64,000 bases of DNA from Octopus vulgaris (GCA_951406725.2 OX597824.1:24676001-24740000), one strand, 5' to 3'; positions 26,255 to 40,138 are shown, counted from the stretch's first letter. The notes: generated by a model from the sequence alone, not told the origin. Made by a program: numbers and translations.

Positions 26255-26785
26255 AGGAGGGGGCCAGTCGATTAGATCGACCCCCAGTACGCAACTGGTA
26301 CTTAATTTATTGACCCCGAAAGGATGCAATGGAGCCCAGTGCTTAGTTTTAAGCTAGGTACTTATTCTATCGGTCTTTTTTGCCGAACCACTAATTTATA
26401 AATAAACCAACACTGGTTGTCGAGCAACCGTGGGCGATAAAACACATATACACACGACGCATTTCCACAGTTTTCCTCTGCTGAATTCACTTCCGAAGGC
26501 ATTAGTCAGTCCGGGACCATAGCAGAAGTAACTTGCCCAAGGTGCCGCGCTTGGAACTGAACCCGAAAAGCAATCTTCTTAACTACACAGCCTTGGCTAT
26601 CAAATGGGATAGAATTGGTTTCAAATTTTGGCACAACGCCAGTAATTTCGGGGGAGGGGGTAAGGTTGATTAAATTGATCCCTGTGCTCAACTGGTACCT
26701 GTTTTATCGACCCCGAAAGGACGAAAAGCAATGTTGACTCAGGTGGAATTTGAACGCAGAACGTTTAAGGCGTAAGAAATGCCAT
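26255..26785 (-). mobile_element. Cluster of diverged SINE A and SINE B fragments
   Basis: B fragment 26255-26325, A 26330-26595, B 26610-26785. Confidence 0.72.
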
Positions 26786-27590
26786 TGAACTGTGATAAAA
26801 TTATATAAAAGAATATTTAAGGCCATAGTGAGTGTATACTATCAAGTAAATCAACTACCCAAGTATATGACTGGTACATGTTATATCGGACTTGGGTGAA
26901 TGTACCCAATATTAACCAATAACAGGATTTGAACGCTTGACGTGGAGAACTCTTAATTTCCTCAATTTTTAGACGAATGAAAGGCAGAGCCAATCTCGTA
27001 CAGTCGTAACTAAGGCTTTGTAAAACATTTAGCCCGTCACGCTACCCTTCTATCCGTTCCACACCCTCCACCCATTCCCCACCCTCACCGGTTTGCCACC
27101 TTCTCTTAAGAGGTAAATGAATTATTGATTACCTTATTTTTTTCATATTATTCATTTATTTATTCATTTATTAAGCGCTATTTACATAATTTATGTTCCA
27201 ATGAGAGAGATTTTTTTTTTTAAAAGTAGAGGGAGAGAAATAGAGAGAAATAGAGAAAGAGAGGTAAGGAGAGAAGCGAAATAGGATTATCTCCACAAAA
27301 TAGGATTATGTGAACGGAAAGCGATTAAGCTATCTCAGATTTAAGTGATGACCGGACTGGTGGTGGAGATGTTCAGAAAATCTCATAATTGTCATTGTCT
27401 ACGGATAATACTAATTTTCAATAACAACGAAACGAACATTGAAGATGACGACGTCGACGATGACGATAACACAATCAAGATCAACATCAGTAGACCAATA
27501 AGTGAACCTCGATCGACTAGAAATAATAGCCAGCTCACTCTTTAATAACATCCAAAAGTGTTTAAGGAAAAGAATTAGCAAAAATACATT

Positions 27591-27767
27591 AGGCTGTGTA
27601 GTAAGAAGCTTGCTTGCTTACCAACCACATGGTTCTAGGTTCAGACCCACTGCATGGCACTTTGAGCAAGTGCCTTCTTCTATAGCCTCAGGCTGACCAA
27701 AGCCTTGTGAATGGATTTGGTAGACGGAAACTGAAAAATGCCCGTGGTAAACATCCCCCCCCAACAC

Positions 27768-27811
<44 letters not shown>

Positions 27812-27965
27812 GGAGTAAACACATAAATGTGAAACAATGTGGAAAAAAGAGTACTCAAATAGTAGGGGTAGAGTAATATGCTTTATTTAAAAGCAGCAGA
27901 AATTCAACAAAATCTGTTACTCAGAGTAAAAGGTTTTGTTTAATTTCTGATGCTTTTAAACAAAG

Positions 27966-28045
<80 letters not shown>

Positions 28046-28300
28046 TGTATGTATGTACGTATATATGTATGTATGTATGTATGTATGTAATTATGTATGT
28101 GTGTATGTTTGTACCCCCACCCCTTGACAACCGGTATAGGTATGTTTATGTCCCCCGTATCTTTGCGCTTCGACAAAAGAGGCCGATAGAATAAATACCA
28201 GGCCTTTAAGTATTGGAGTCGAGTCATTCGATTAAAAATTCTTGAAAGCAGTGCCCCAGCATGGCCGTATTTTAATGACTGAAACAAGTAAAAGATAAGA
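27591..28300 (+). mobile_element. SINE family A halves (27591-27750, 28105-28300) separated by microsatellites and a nested element
   Basis: Consensus matches on both sides. Confidence 0.78.
27811..27965. mobile_element. Collapsed copy of the 8408-8645 inverted element
   Basis: Same left flank; hairpin 27881-27965 centred on TTACTCAGAGTAA. Confidence 0.8.
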
Positions 28301-28344
28301 TAAACGCAAATAGTGTAGTCCTAGATATCCTATGCCCGAATAAA

Positions 28345-28771
28345 GACGACGAGCTCGCAGAATCATGACCATGCCGGACAAGATGCATAGCAGCATTTCT
28401 TCCGTCTTTGTATTCTGAATTCAAATGTCACTGAGGTTGACTTTGCCTTTCATCCTTTTAAGGTTGATGAAATATAGTACCAGTTACTCATTCGGGTCGA
28501 TGTAATGGAATAGGCTTACACCTTCCCCTAAAATTGTTAGCTTTGTACTGAATATATGCCATATTTCAAAAGGTGGTGGTGGTCACTCTTTGACTTTATG
28601 AAAGATCGATCAGTGCCGACCGAAGTTTAATCATTAACAGCAATAATGATGACAACATGAATATCATAAATAACAACTACAAAAATAAATAGTGTCTTCT
28701 ACTATAACCTCAGGCCGACCAAAGCCTTGTGAGTGGATTTGGTAGATGGAAACTGAAAGAAGCCCGTCGTA

Positions 28772-28836
<65 letters not shown>

Positions 28837-28875
28837 TTGTGTGTCTGTGTTTGTCCCCACAACATCGCTTGACAA
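28345..28875 (+). mobile_element. Diverged SINE B (28345-28550) and partial SINE A (28692-28875)
   Basis: Consensus matches. Confidence 0.72.
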
Positions 28876-28887
28876 TACTTTGCATTG

Positions 28888-29370
28888 TATGGTCACAGTT
28901 CCGGTAGTACAGGCATGTGATTAGAATGCTGCAAAAAAAAACAATCGCAAGACAGGTTCTTCAAGCCAAGCCAACTGGAAGGAGACCTAGCAGTGGACCA
29001 AGAACAGGATGACTGGATAATATCCACCGACTCAGTTGGTCACACTTGGTAATCCAGTCGAAAAGTGTAATGCCGACAGCTTGTGATAAAACCTTGTGGA
29101 AGACGTGCCTCGGGATTCTACTCCTATGGGCCTCCCAGGGATGGTGGGCGGAGAAAATGGATGGATTGATGGACGGACGGACGGACGGACGGAAGGACGG
29201 ACGGATGGATTGACTGATGGATGGATATATGGATTGACTGACAGATGGATGGATGGATATATGGATTGACTGACAGATGGATGGATGGATGGATGGATGG
29301 ATGGATGAATGAATGGGTGGACAGATGGATGGATGGGTGGACAGATGGATGGAGGGGCTGACGGACGGAT
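28888..29370 (+). mobile_element. RTE (Expander/Rex3-like) 3' fragment with (GGAT)n tail
   Basis: [43 protein letters not shown], followed by GGAT repeats. Confidence 0.7.
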
Positions 29371-29809
29371 GAACCTAAAAAACAGGATGATCCCAAAAGG
29401 ATTCTATATTGACCGCGGCTGAAAAAAAATCAAAACAACTATTGCATTAGGTGCAGGCGGGGCTCTTTGTTTAAGAAGCTCACTTCCAAACCACATGATT
29501 TTGGGTTCAGTCCCACTGCGCCGCGCCTTAGGAGAAGTATCTCCTGCCATGCCTTCGAGTTGGGAGATAAGTAAAGTAAAAACAAAATTAACAAGTCAAC
29601 TAGAGAAAGTAGATATTACACAGCTCACTAATTCCGGAAGCAGAAACTGTTATAGTAACCATAGAACAGATAGAGAGAAGGTAGAATGTACCAGACGGTA
29701 TTCTCTCGGTTGCATTGTTTTGATAAGTGAAGGCTTATCAGTCAACCGGAGTATGCGGTTTATAATGTTTGTTTTTGTGAGGTATCTGTTAAAAACTGAT
29801 ATAGATACT

Positions 29810-30010
29810 GGTTTCAAATTTTGGGTCGAGGCCAACAATTTCAATTACATCGACTCCAGGGTTCAGATAGTACTTATTTTATAGATTCCGAAAGGATGAG
29901 AGGCAAAGTCAAATTCGGCGAAATTTGAACTCAGAACGTGAAGATGGACCAAATACCGCTAATTTTCTTTTTTTTTTTTTTGCCCGGCGTTCTAGCGATT
30001 CTGCCAGTTC
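29810..30010 (-). mobile_element. SINE family B, diverged
   Basis: Reverse complement of head and central domain. Confidence 0.72.
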
Positions 30011-30173
30011 TTCACCTCAAACACTCATATAAATATTGTTTATATATGTACATAAGTACTACTTGGTGAATTATTTCATACTTATACTGAAATGTGAAGT
30101 CTGAACAGGGACTTATATACCAGGTGTGCGCTGCGCACCCATCGAAAATGGCAAATTCATTATAAATATTAGT

Positions 30174-30574
30174 AGGCGTCACAGTGGCTGTGTAGTAAGT
30201 AGCTTGCTTACCAACCACATGGTTCTGGGTTCAGTCCCACTGCGTGGCACCTTCGGCAAGTGTCTTCTACTATAGCTTCGGGCCGACCAAATAGCCTTGT
30301 GAGTGGATTTGGTAGACAGAAACTGAAAGAGGCCCCTCGTATATATGTAAATATATATATGTGTGTGTGTATGTTTGTGTGTCTGTGTTTGTCCCCCAAC
30401 ATCGCTTGACAACCGATGCTGGTGTGTTTACGTCCCCGTAACTTAGCTGTTCGGCAAAAGAGACCGATAGAATAAGTACTGGGCTTACAAAGAATAAGTC
30501 CTGGGGTCGATTTCTTCGACTAAAAGCGGTGCTCCAGCATGGCTACAGTCAAATGACTGAAACAAGTAAAAGAG
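30174..30574 (+). mobile_element. SINE family A, full length
   Basis: Consensus match. Confidence 0.9.
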
Positions 30575-30677
30575 TTACTTATTAATTTAATCACAAATCT
30601 TAACGGGAAACTTTTGTTACACCCCTGCTTGAAATTTGGTGGCAATGAGTGTGGAAGCATCTCTAATACAACAACGT

Positions 30678-30906
30678 ATTTCTTTATTACCCACAAGGGG
30701 CTAAACACAGAGGGAACAAACAAGGACAGACATAGGTATTAAGTCGATTACATCGACCCCAGTTCGTAACTGGTACTTAATTTATCGACCCCGAAAGGAT
30801 GAAAGGCAAAGTCGACCTCGGCGGAATTTGAACTCACAACGTAACGCAGACGAAATACCGCTAAGCATTTCGCCCGGCGTGCTAACGTTTCTGCCAGCTC
30901 GCCGCC
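30678..30906 (-). mobile_element. SINE family B monomer, full length
   Basis: Consensus match. Confidence 0.92.
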
Positions 30907-31403
30907 TTTCCCTGATACAACAACCATAATACGCCACCGAATCGGAATGCAATAATATTGAAGATAATGCAAATCGTTTCCCTCACGCCATTTTTTTTTT
31001 TTTTTCATCAGATTCTCGTGTGACCAGCACATTCTGCGACGTCTTTTGGGCCTGCTTTTGTTTTGACGCCAGCTGTGGCCACCAACAACGATGAAGAATG
31101 TGATGGAGGATTTAGACTAGACAGCTCAGACAACGGAAAAACACTAATATCAACAACAACAACAACAACAACTATAACAACAGCAACAACAAAAGCCACA
31201 TCAAAAACAAAATGAGCATTATCAATAACACTTTGAAATTTGAAATACAAATCGGTGTTGCTCTGCTGTGACTATTTGAGCCACAGTTGTATTTGGTCGT
31301 TTAATCCGATGTAGATGTCTTATTGGAGTAAACTAGATTGATAATCTTGTTTTGATGAAGAGAATTGTCAGATAGGCCAGATAGATTTTTTGCTATATTC
31401 CTT

Positions 31404-32435
31404 GGGGCTAATGCAGTTTCGCACCTCTCCTTGAAAAATGCATTTTTTTGAGAAAAAAATTAGTCGGATTCCTGCGGTTTAGATGTCGGAGATTACGAAT
31501 ATGCAAAAGAAAAGAATTTTAATTTCACCCCACTCCATTTAAATTTTTGATTTTTTTTTTTACTTTAAAGAGATTGTAGCGAATTGACGAAACTACGCAA
31601 ATCGAAATTAAATACAGACAAAAACATTAAAGTGAAAAGAATTTGCGTTTTACTTGCCTTAAATAACCGTAAATAATAATTTAATGTAAATTAAATATAC
31701 TCCATTTTGTGGAAAGCGGCGAGCTGGCAGAAACGTTAGCACGTCGGGCGAAATACGTAGCCGTATTTCGTCTGCCGTTACGTTCTGAGTTCAAATTCCG
31801 CCGAGGTCGACTTTGCCTTTCACCCTTTCGGGGTCGATAAATTAAGTACCAGTTACGCACTGGGGTAGAGGTAATTGACTTAATCCCTTTGTCTGTCCTT
31901 GTTTGTCTCCTCTGTGTTTAGCCCCTTGTAGGTAGTAAAGAAATATATACTCCATTTTGTGAGAAACAAACATTTATGTTTAATAATTAATGTTGTAAAG
32001 TTTAATAAGGTGCTCAAATCTCACTCCTTCACCCAATTTTAAACTTTTTCATCCATATATTTGTCTGTCTATCTATTCATACCTGTCCGTTTATTTATAA
32101 AATATATTTGTCAACTAAATGCGGCGGTCCTATAGAAGACGGTGTTACTGTTTAGCCCCAGGTAGACATTCATATCTACCTATCTCTTTATACATATATC
32201 TATATGCTTATTGAATTTAAAATTTAGAAAACGTAGTTTCTTGCATATTCGGAATCTCCGTCATCTAAAACATGGGGAAAAAAATTTCGAAAATGTTCAA
32301 AATTTTAAGGGGATGGTAGTGGTGGTAGTGGAGGATGGTAATTTTTTTTTTCATATTCGTAATCTCGGACATCTAAAACGTAGGGATCCGAAAAAAGGCA
32401 TTTTTCAAGGGATGGTGCGAAACTGCATTAGCCCC
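31404..32435. mobile_element. MITE/non-autonomous DNA transposon with long TIRs starting GGGG and 8-bp TSD
   Basis: GGGGCTAATGCAGTTTCGCACC / GGTGCGAAACTGCATTAGCCCC; flanks TATTCCTT and TATTTCTT. Confidence 0.85.
31716..31944 (+). mobile_element. SINE family B monomer nested in MITE, 17-bp TSD
   Basis: ATATACTCCATTTTGTG at 31695-31711 and 31945-31961. Confidence 0.93.
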
Positions 32436-32440
32436 TATTT

Positions 32441-32639
32441 CTTTTACTCGTTTCAGTCAATGTACTACGGCCATGCTGGGGCACTGCGTTGAAGAATTCT
32501 CAGTGAAATGATTCGAGGTCAGTATATTTTTTTAAAGTCTGGTACTTTTCCTATTGTTTTTTTTTATGCGGAAACTACTAAGTTGCGTGGACGTAAACAC
32601 ACCAACACCGGTTGTCAAGCGGTAGGTGGGTTACAAACA

Positions 32640-32685
<46 letters not shown>

Positions 32686-32892
32686 TAGACACACACACAA
32701 ATACATCAGTATAGAAATATACAACAGGCTTCTTTCAGTTTCCGTCCACCAGATCCACTCACAAGTCACAAGGCTTTAGTCGGCCCGAAGCTATAGTAGA
32801 AGGCACTTGTCCAAGGCACCCCACAGTGGAACTGAACCCGGAACCAAATGATCGGGAAACAAACTCTGTGCCACACAGTCACGTCTGCGCCT
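32441..32892 (-). mobile_element. SINE family A, older copy
   Basis: Diverged consensus match. Confidence 0.82.
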
Positions 32893-33359
32893 ATATTCAT
32901 CTTAAATATCTATTTAGCATCTCGTGAGAGCTTCAGCTTTTACAACATTTCTTTTTCTCATATTGTTCGCTGCACTTTTATTTGTCATCAAACAGAAAAG
33001 GGGACTTGTATGTTTTATTTCTAGGTCATCTACCTTGCGGCGTTGAGGTAGCATCTTGATTAAAAGTTTTTGGGGTTTTTTTTTCATTCGAATTATCGTA
33101 TGGCTGTCAGCCACATTGATGACAAGTCTTAGAATGCACAGAAAATAATTGTCACTGTGAAATAAGTTGATTTTTTTAAAATAGATTGGAGTGTATGTAA
33201 CTTAGGAATTTGTATTTTATAATTGCTTTACACGTGTGATAATTAAATGGCGTCTGCTAATAATTATTTCTCTAATCGTGCGTAGAGGTTCTATAAAAGC
33301 CTACAACAGTGCGAGCGAAGCTGGAACGCAAACTCTGTATATGCAGACATATGCGTACT

Positions 33360-33390
<31 letters not shown>

Positions 33391-33763
33391 ACACACATGT
33401 TAATTTAACCATGTAGTTTGCTATTGAAAGTCACTCCATGGGTGTTGGCTAAAATGTCAATGAAACAATTGTAGTATTATATAATAAAGCACATTGCTCT
33501 CAATACACACATATACATACATGCATACATACATACATACATACATAAATAAATACATACATAAATACATACATACATACATACATGCATACATACATAC
33601 ATGCATGCATGCATACATGCATGCAAACATACATACATAAATACATACATACATACAATGCATACATACATACATACATGCATGCATACATACATACAAA
33701 CATACATATATATATATATATATATTCATACATACATACTTACATACATACATACATACATAC

Positions 33764-33794
<31 letters not shown>

Positions 33795-34211
33795 CATACA
33801 TACATACATACATACAGTTGATCTGTTAATGAACATCTACAATTAAAAAGTATACACGCTTTATTTAAAGAATGAACTACAAAACGTACCACAAAATCTC
33901 GGCGATGATGACTTTCTCATTTATGACACTGTTCCCATGATATTTTGCGCGCGAACGGCACTCCGCTATTTCATTCAGATGCCGTGACCGCGAAAATCTG
34001 GAAGCAACAATGAGTTTTGAAGCATTTTTGTTTTATATCAAGGACAAATAATGAAATATGAAAAAAAAAAACATCTTGATTATAAAATCTCTCAAAGTCA
34101 AGCGCTGTCGTGTCTTTACATGTATGTATGTATATATGTATGTTTGTATGCCTGAGTCCGTATAAACAGACATGTACACATCCATAACCATTCACACAAA
34201 CACAATTATAC

Positions 34212-34271
<60 letters not shown>

Positions 34272-34280
34272 ACATGTAAG

Positions 34281-34330
<50 letters not shown>

Positions 34331-34611
34331 CACAAACACACTGTGAAGGACAAATCAGTTTAATTGTCTGGGTATTAGTGATACTAAACATAGACAATGT
34401 TAAGCAGGTTAGCTTCTCTACAAATAGACTGCAATCTATTCAACTTAATGACGTTTTTACCATTTGACCTTGTACTACTTACGTAAAGCTTTGCATACAT
34501 GCATACCTTTGATGTGTAATGTATATATACATATAGTATTTGTACATAATAAATACGCACATAAATAATGCATATGCATATAAGTGTGTGGTGGGGTGTA
34601 CAGTATGTCTG

Positions 34612-34940
34612 AAGGAGCGTGACTTACCCGTTAAGGTTTCTGATTAGGGTTTCTGCAATCTTGATTTCGATTCCTAGACAGCTGGTGAATTGTGTTTTTG
34701 AGCAAAACACTTCATTTCAGATTCTCCCATTGTTTTAGCTTTCGTAAAAATGCCAGATCGCTAGCTGGACGATGCAGGCTGCATCCCTCCTGAACGGAAA
34801 GAGAGTTCGTTGCAGGGTTACCCCATTTCACTCAGCTCTAAGTGGGTGATCCTGCGAGCAACTGGCTTTCCGTTCAGGAGGGATGTTAGCCTGCATCGTC
34901 CAGCTAGCGGTCTGGCATTATTCGAAAGCTAGAACAATGG
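34612..34940 (+). mobile_element. Degenerate tRNA/CORE-like SINE containing a ~214-nt inverted repeat (34727-34940)
   Basis: TTTCGATTCC B box, TTGTGTTTTTGAGCAAAACACTTCATTTC; arms CCATTGTT.TAGCTTTCG..ATGCCAGA.CGCTAGCTGGACGATGCAGGC..CATCCCTCCTGAACGGAAAG. Confidence 0.7.
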
Positions 34941-34989
34941 AAGAAAACGCAGCGTAACCAGTAGTGCGCTACAACAACCGATAGTCTTG

Positions 34990-35575
<586 letters not shown>

Positions 35576-36399
35576 ATGTGTACAAGACGTTACCAGCAGT
35601 AAACAGCATGAAATACGAAAACAAATGAGTTAAATACGCAAATAGCGAGAGGGAAAAAATAGAAAACAGGACAAGTAATACAAAGAATACAAAGAACGAC
35701 CCTTCATCAGTTGTCGGCTGTCTGTCTACTTCCCATTTCGAGCAATCAACAATAATATGAGTCTTCGAAGACAGTTGCTCCTTTAAATACCAAAATAATA
35801 TTTTGGATTTATGGAGGGTCAAAGTTGGGAACAAAAACAGGACAGTGGAGACATACAAGGAAACCGAACGAAAACAACCATGGAGGGTCGTTAGTCCAGA
35901 ACGAGGGGGAAAATATTGAACGCTGAGAGAAATATTTTCTTTAGAAAGAGAAAAGATAGAAAGATATAGGAGACGTCCAGTCCTTAGAATGTCCGTGCAG
36001 GAAAAGAAAGATGGACGATGGTCACGTGTGAGCAACGAGAGGGAGAGAAAAAGAGAAAGAGGGGGAGAGAGAGACAGATAGAAAACAGTGAAAGGGAGAA
36101 AAGGGGAATTTGAGAGGATGGTGAGAAAACAGAGTAGAATCGCATCAAAAAGGTTAAGATAAACTTAACAATATGAAGGATTTTGGAGAGAATTGAGCAC
36201 TTAAATGGAATGCACCAGGTTTGGTTGATTTAACCTGTAAGCACCACTTTTAGTTGGATCCATATACTGGGTACTGAAGTAATCCAGTGAAATATTTAGG
36301 CTTTGCGCACAGAAAAAATCCAACGCTACGAGTATTTAACGCCTAGGGGCTGGTCCAATCGCGCATTGTGTAGATCACACAGTATTTGGTATACATTAG

Positions 36400-36668
36400 G
36401 AAATCCAAGCCAGGCAATCTAGAGTCAATAAAACCTTAGAAAGCCTGTTTTACAGCATCGTCGGAATTAAATTTTTTTCCGATCAAAAAGTTATCCAAAT
36501 TCTGGGAGAAGAGGTAGTCAGTGGGGGCAAAATCAGGTGAGTATAGTGGCTGATGGAGAACTTCCAATTCCAACTCCTGTAGTTTCGCCAATGCCATTTC
36601 TGCAATGTGCGGTTTGGCGTTGGCTTGCAATAAAATAGGATTGGCTAATCTAGGATGTTTTTTGTAAG
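36400..36668 (-). mobile_element. mariner transposase C-terminal fragment
   Basis: PILLQANAKPH..LEVLHQPLYSPDFAPTDYLFSQNLDNFLIGKKF (HDNARPH / YSPDLAPxDY motifs). Confidence 0.88.
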
Positions 36669-36711
36669 TTTCTGCATCATTTAGTCCATTCTTTTGTTGT
36701 CTTACCATTAC

Positions 36712-36890
36712 CGAAGTGTTTAGCGGTAGTTCGTCTGTCTTTACGTTCTGCGTTTAAATCCCGGCGGTGTCGACTTTGCTTTTCGTCATTTCGGGGTCGA
36801 TAGATTAAGTACCAGTTGCGTACTGTGATCGAACTAATCGACTGATCCCTTCCCCAAAATTTCGGGCCTTGTGCCTAGAGTAGAAAAGAA
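36712..36890 (+). mobile_element. SINE family B (alternative tail)
   Basis: Central domain plus CCCCAAAATTTCGGGCCTTGTGCCTAGAGTAGAAAAGAAT tail. Confidence 0.8.
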
Positions 36891-37134
36891 TGTAATCATT
36901 ACACCAATTTAAATACAGCGCTATCTTCAGCTGCATGGAATATGGATTTTCAACAGACAAGATATATTAATATAATTTTTACATTGTTCAATTAAATGGA
37001 GTCGCTTGAAACGGCCGTACTGCATTAGTACTTGACATCCTGTTACTAATTTTTATTTTATTCACCTTATTTCGAGCTGTGCGAATACCGGACAGACTTG
37101 GTGCTTATGTACCTAATTCAACTGAAACTTAATT

Positions 37135-37243
<109 letters not shown>

Positions 37244-37268
37244 GTCTGTGTCTGTGTGTGTGTGTCCG

Positions 37269-37303
<35 letters not shown>

Positions 37304-37970
37304 ACATACACAGCTCATATATATAATGGGCCAGTTTGTTTATCTTTTTACCTTGGAAATCTATATTTATATTGCTAGATTATTTGCCATTCGAAACTAA
37401 TAGTGCTATTGTGTATGTCTAGCGTTAAATTTCAAGCCTCCTTCATGCATATCTTAATTTCGACGATATTGAGTTAACTTACTGAATATCAAATTGGAAT
37501 TTTACACGGCTATCTTAGATATCAGACAGTGAGTTGGCAGAATCGTTTGCACGTCGGACAAAATATTTAGTGGCGTTTCTTCTGGCTCCTTACGTTCTCA
37601 GTTTAAATCACGCCGAGATCAACTCTGCTTTTCATCTTTCCGGGACCGACAAAATAAAGCACCAGTCAAGTACTAGGGTCGATGTGAACCTCTAAAAGTT
37701 ACTGGCTTTGTAAGTAAATGAGAAGCCCGTAGTTTGTTGCAGGTGCTTAGCACCAAGTCAGCTCTGATACACAGTACCTATGATCAAATACATTCCTGTA
37801 GTGACCATCACGTCTATTTATCTGATACAGTGTATTTAGGACTACATTATGCTATAAATTCTCCCTTTATAAAATAAGTCGAGCCAACGAGGGATGACTC
37901 TCCATAATTGTTTGATTTAATCAAAATAATAGCAAAATCACCCTCTTATAAACTCTATTCCACCCCCAAA

Positions 37971-38366
37971 TCTTTATATATAAAAGTCAAGTTGTGTGTC
38001 TGTCTCCTACGATTTAGATTCCTAACTACACCCACATTTTGCGGTGCAGTTTAACCAAAACCGGGTATCTAGTCGTGATTCATATCGAGCCCTTCTGGGT
38101 ATTAGCGCGCATCTACGATTAGTCTACGATTTTTAAAAGAAGTTACCATCATTTTTTTCCATTTTAATGCATTTTTTCGCTATTATATAAGGGAAGTGAC
38201 TCTCTAAAAATGTCTACGATGAGTCAACGATTTAAAAAAAAAATTACCATCACTTTTTTTCCATTTTTAATGCATTTTTTTGCTATTTTTTTGGCTATAA
38301 CTCTCTAAAAATGCTTATATAGTTATTTCCCTTACAAACCCGAGCAACGCCGGGCGATACTGCTAG
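37971..38366 (+). mobile_element. Non-autonomous Helitron
   Basis: A|TCTTTATATATAAAA start; subterminal hairpin CCCGAGCAACGCCGGG; CTAG|T end; internal direct repeat. Confidence 0.88.
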
Positions 38367-38591
38367 TAAAAGATAAAAGATGAGAAAGCTACGGCTGGAA
38401 CGCAATTATTGGTGCCCGGACTGGTACCCTGAAGCACTTGGTGCAGACATAGCTGTGTGGTTAAGAAGCTCGCTTTGCAATCAGTCGGTTTAAAGTTCAG
38501 TCTCACTTCACGGAACACTGGATAATTAAATACTACTACTACTACTAACACCATCAAGAGTACTGGAATCAATGTGACTAACCGCCATATA

Positions 38592-38797
38592 CTCTTTTAC
38601 TTGTTTCAGTCATTTGACTGCGGCCATGCTGGAGCACCGCCTTTAGTCGAGCAAATCGACCCCACGACTTATTCTTTGTAAGTCCAGTACTTATTCTATC
38701 GGTCTCTCTTTTGCCGAACCGCTAGTGACGGGGACGTAAACACACCAGCATCGGTTGTCAAGCAATGCTAGGGGGACAAACACAGACACACAAACAT

Positions 38798-38838
<41 letters not shown>

Positions 38839-39009
38839 CATATATACGACGGGCTTCTTTCAGTTTCCGTCTACTAAATCCAGTCACAAGGCTTTGGTTG
38901 GCCCGAGGCTATAGTAGAAGACACTTGCCCAAGATGCCACGCAGTGGACTGAACCCGGAACCATGTGGTTGGTAAGCAAGCTACTTACCACACAGCCACT
39001 CCTGCGCCT
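38592..39009 (-). mobile_element. SINE family A, full length
   Basis: Consensus match. Confidence 0.92.
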
Positions 39010-39274
39010 ATATCTCAAATTTTTTTTTTAATATATCATATAGATGCCATTTTTTATGCTGAATCCGAATTTGTTATTCAGTTATTCCAGAAAATGTTAC
39101 AGATGTTCAAAGTTTGTTAATTTTCAGAATTTTCAGCCAATCAGAAAACAGCACGTTCGCTGCCTCTTCCATCTCTTCCATGACCTGGGGTTGAACAGTA
39201 ACAACAACTCCTGCTTTTATAAATATGGTCTTATTTGGGAAGCCATTAGTTACTTTTACTCTTTACTCTTTAAT

Positions 39275-39479
39275 CTTGCACTTGTTTCAGTCATTTGACT
39301 GTGGCCATGCTGGAGCACTGCCTTTAGTCGAGCAAATCGACCCCAGGACTTATTCTTTGTAAGCCTAGTACTTATTCTATCGGTATCTTTTGCCGAACAG
39401 CTAAGTTACAGGGACGTAAGCACACCAGCATCAGTTGTCAAGCGATGTTGGGGGGACAAACACAGATACACAAACATAT

Positions 39480-39542
<63 letters not shown>

Positions 39543-39700
39543 TACGACGGGCTTTCAGTCTCCGTCTACCAAATCCACTCACAAGGCTTTGGTCGGTCCA
39601 AGGCTATAGTAGAAGATACTTGCCCAAGGTGTCACGCAGCGGGACTGAACCCGGAACCATGTGGTTGGTAAGTAAGCTACTTACCACACAGCCAGTCCTA
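39275..39700 (-). mobile_element. SINE family A, full length
   Basis: Consensus match. Confidence 0.9.
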
Positions 39701-39779
39701 TTTCAAATATATCGTGAGGTCAAATATTATTGGGATCACAAGTAGAGATTCATATTTTCAAGTTCTTTATCTAAGATAC

Positions 39780-40104
39780 GTGTGTGTGTGCATGTGTGTG
39801 TGTGCATGTGTGTGTGTGCATGTGTGTGTATGTGTGTGTATGTATGTACATTTATATATATACATACATGCATACATACATGCATACATGCATACATACA
39901 TACATACATACATACATACATACATACATACATACATGCATACATACATACATGCATACATGCATACATACATACATACATACATACATACATACATACA
40001 TACATACATACATGCATACATACATACATACATACATACATACATACATACATACATACATACATACATACATACATACATACATACATACATACATACA
40101 TACA

Positions 40105-40138
<34 letters not shown>

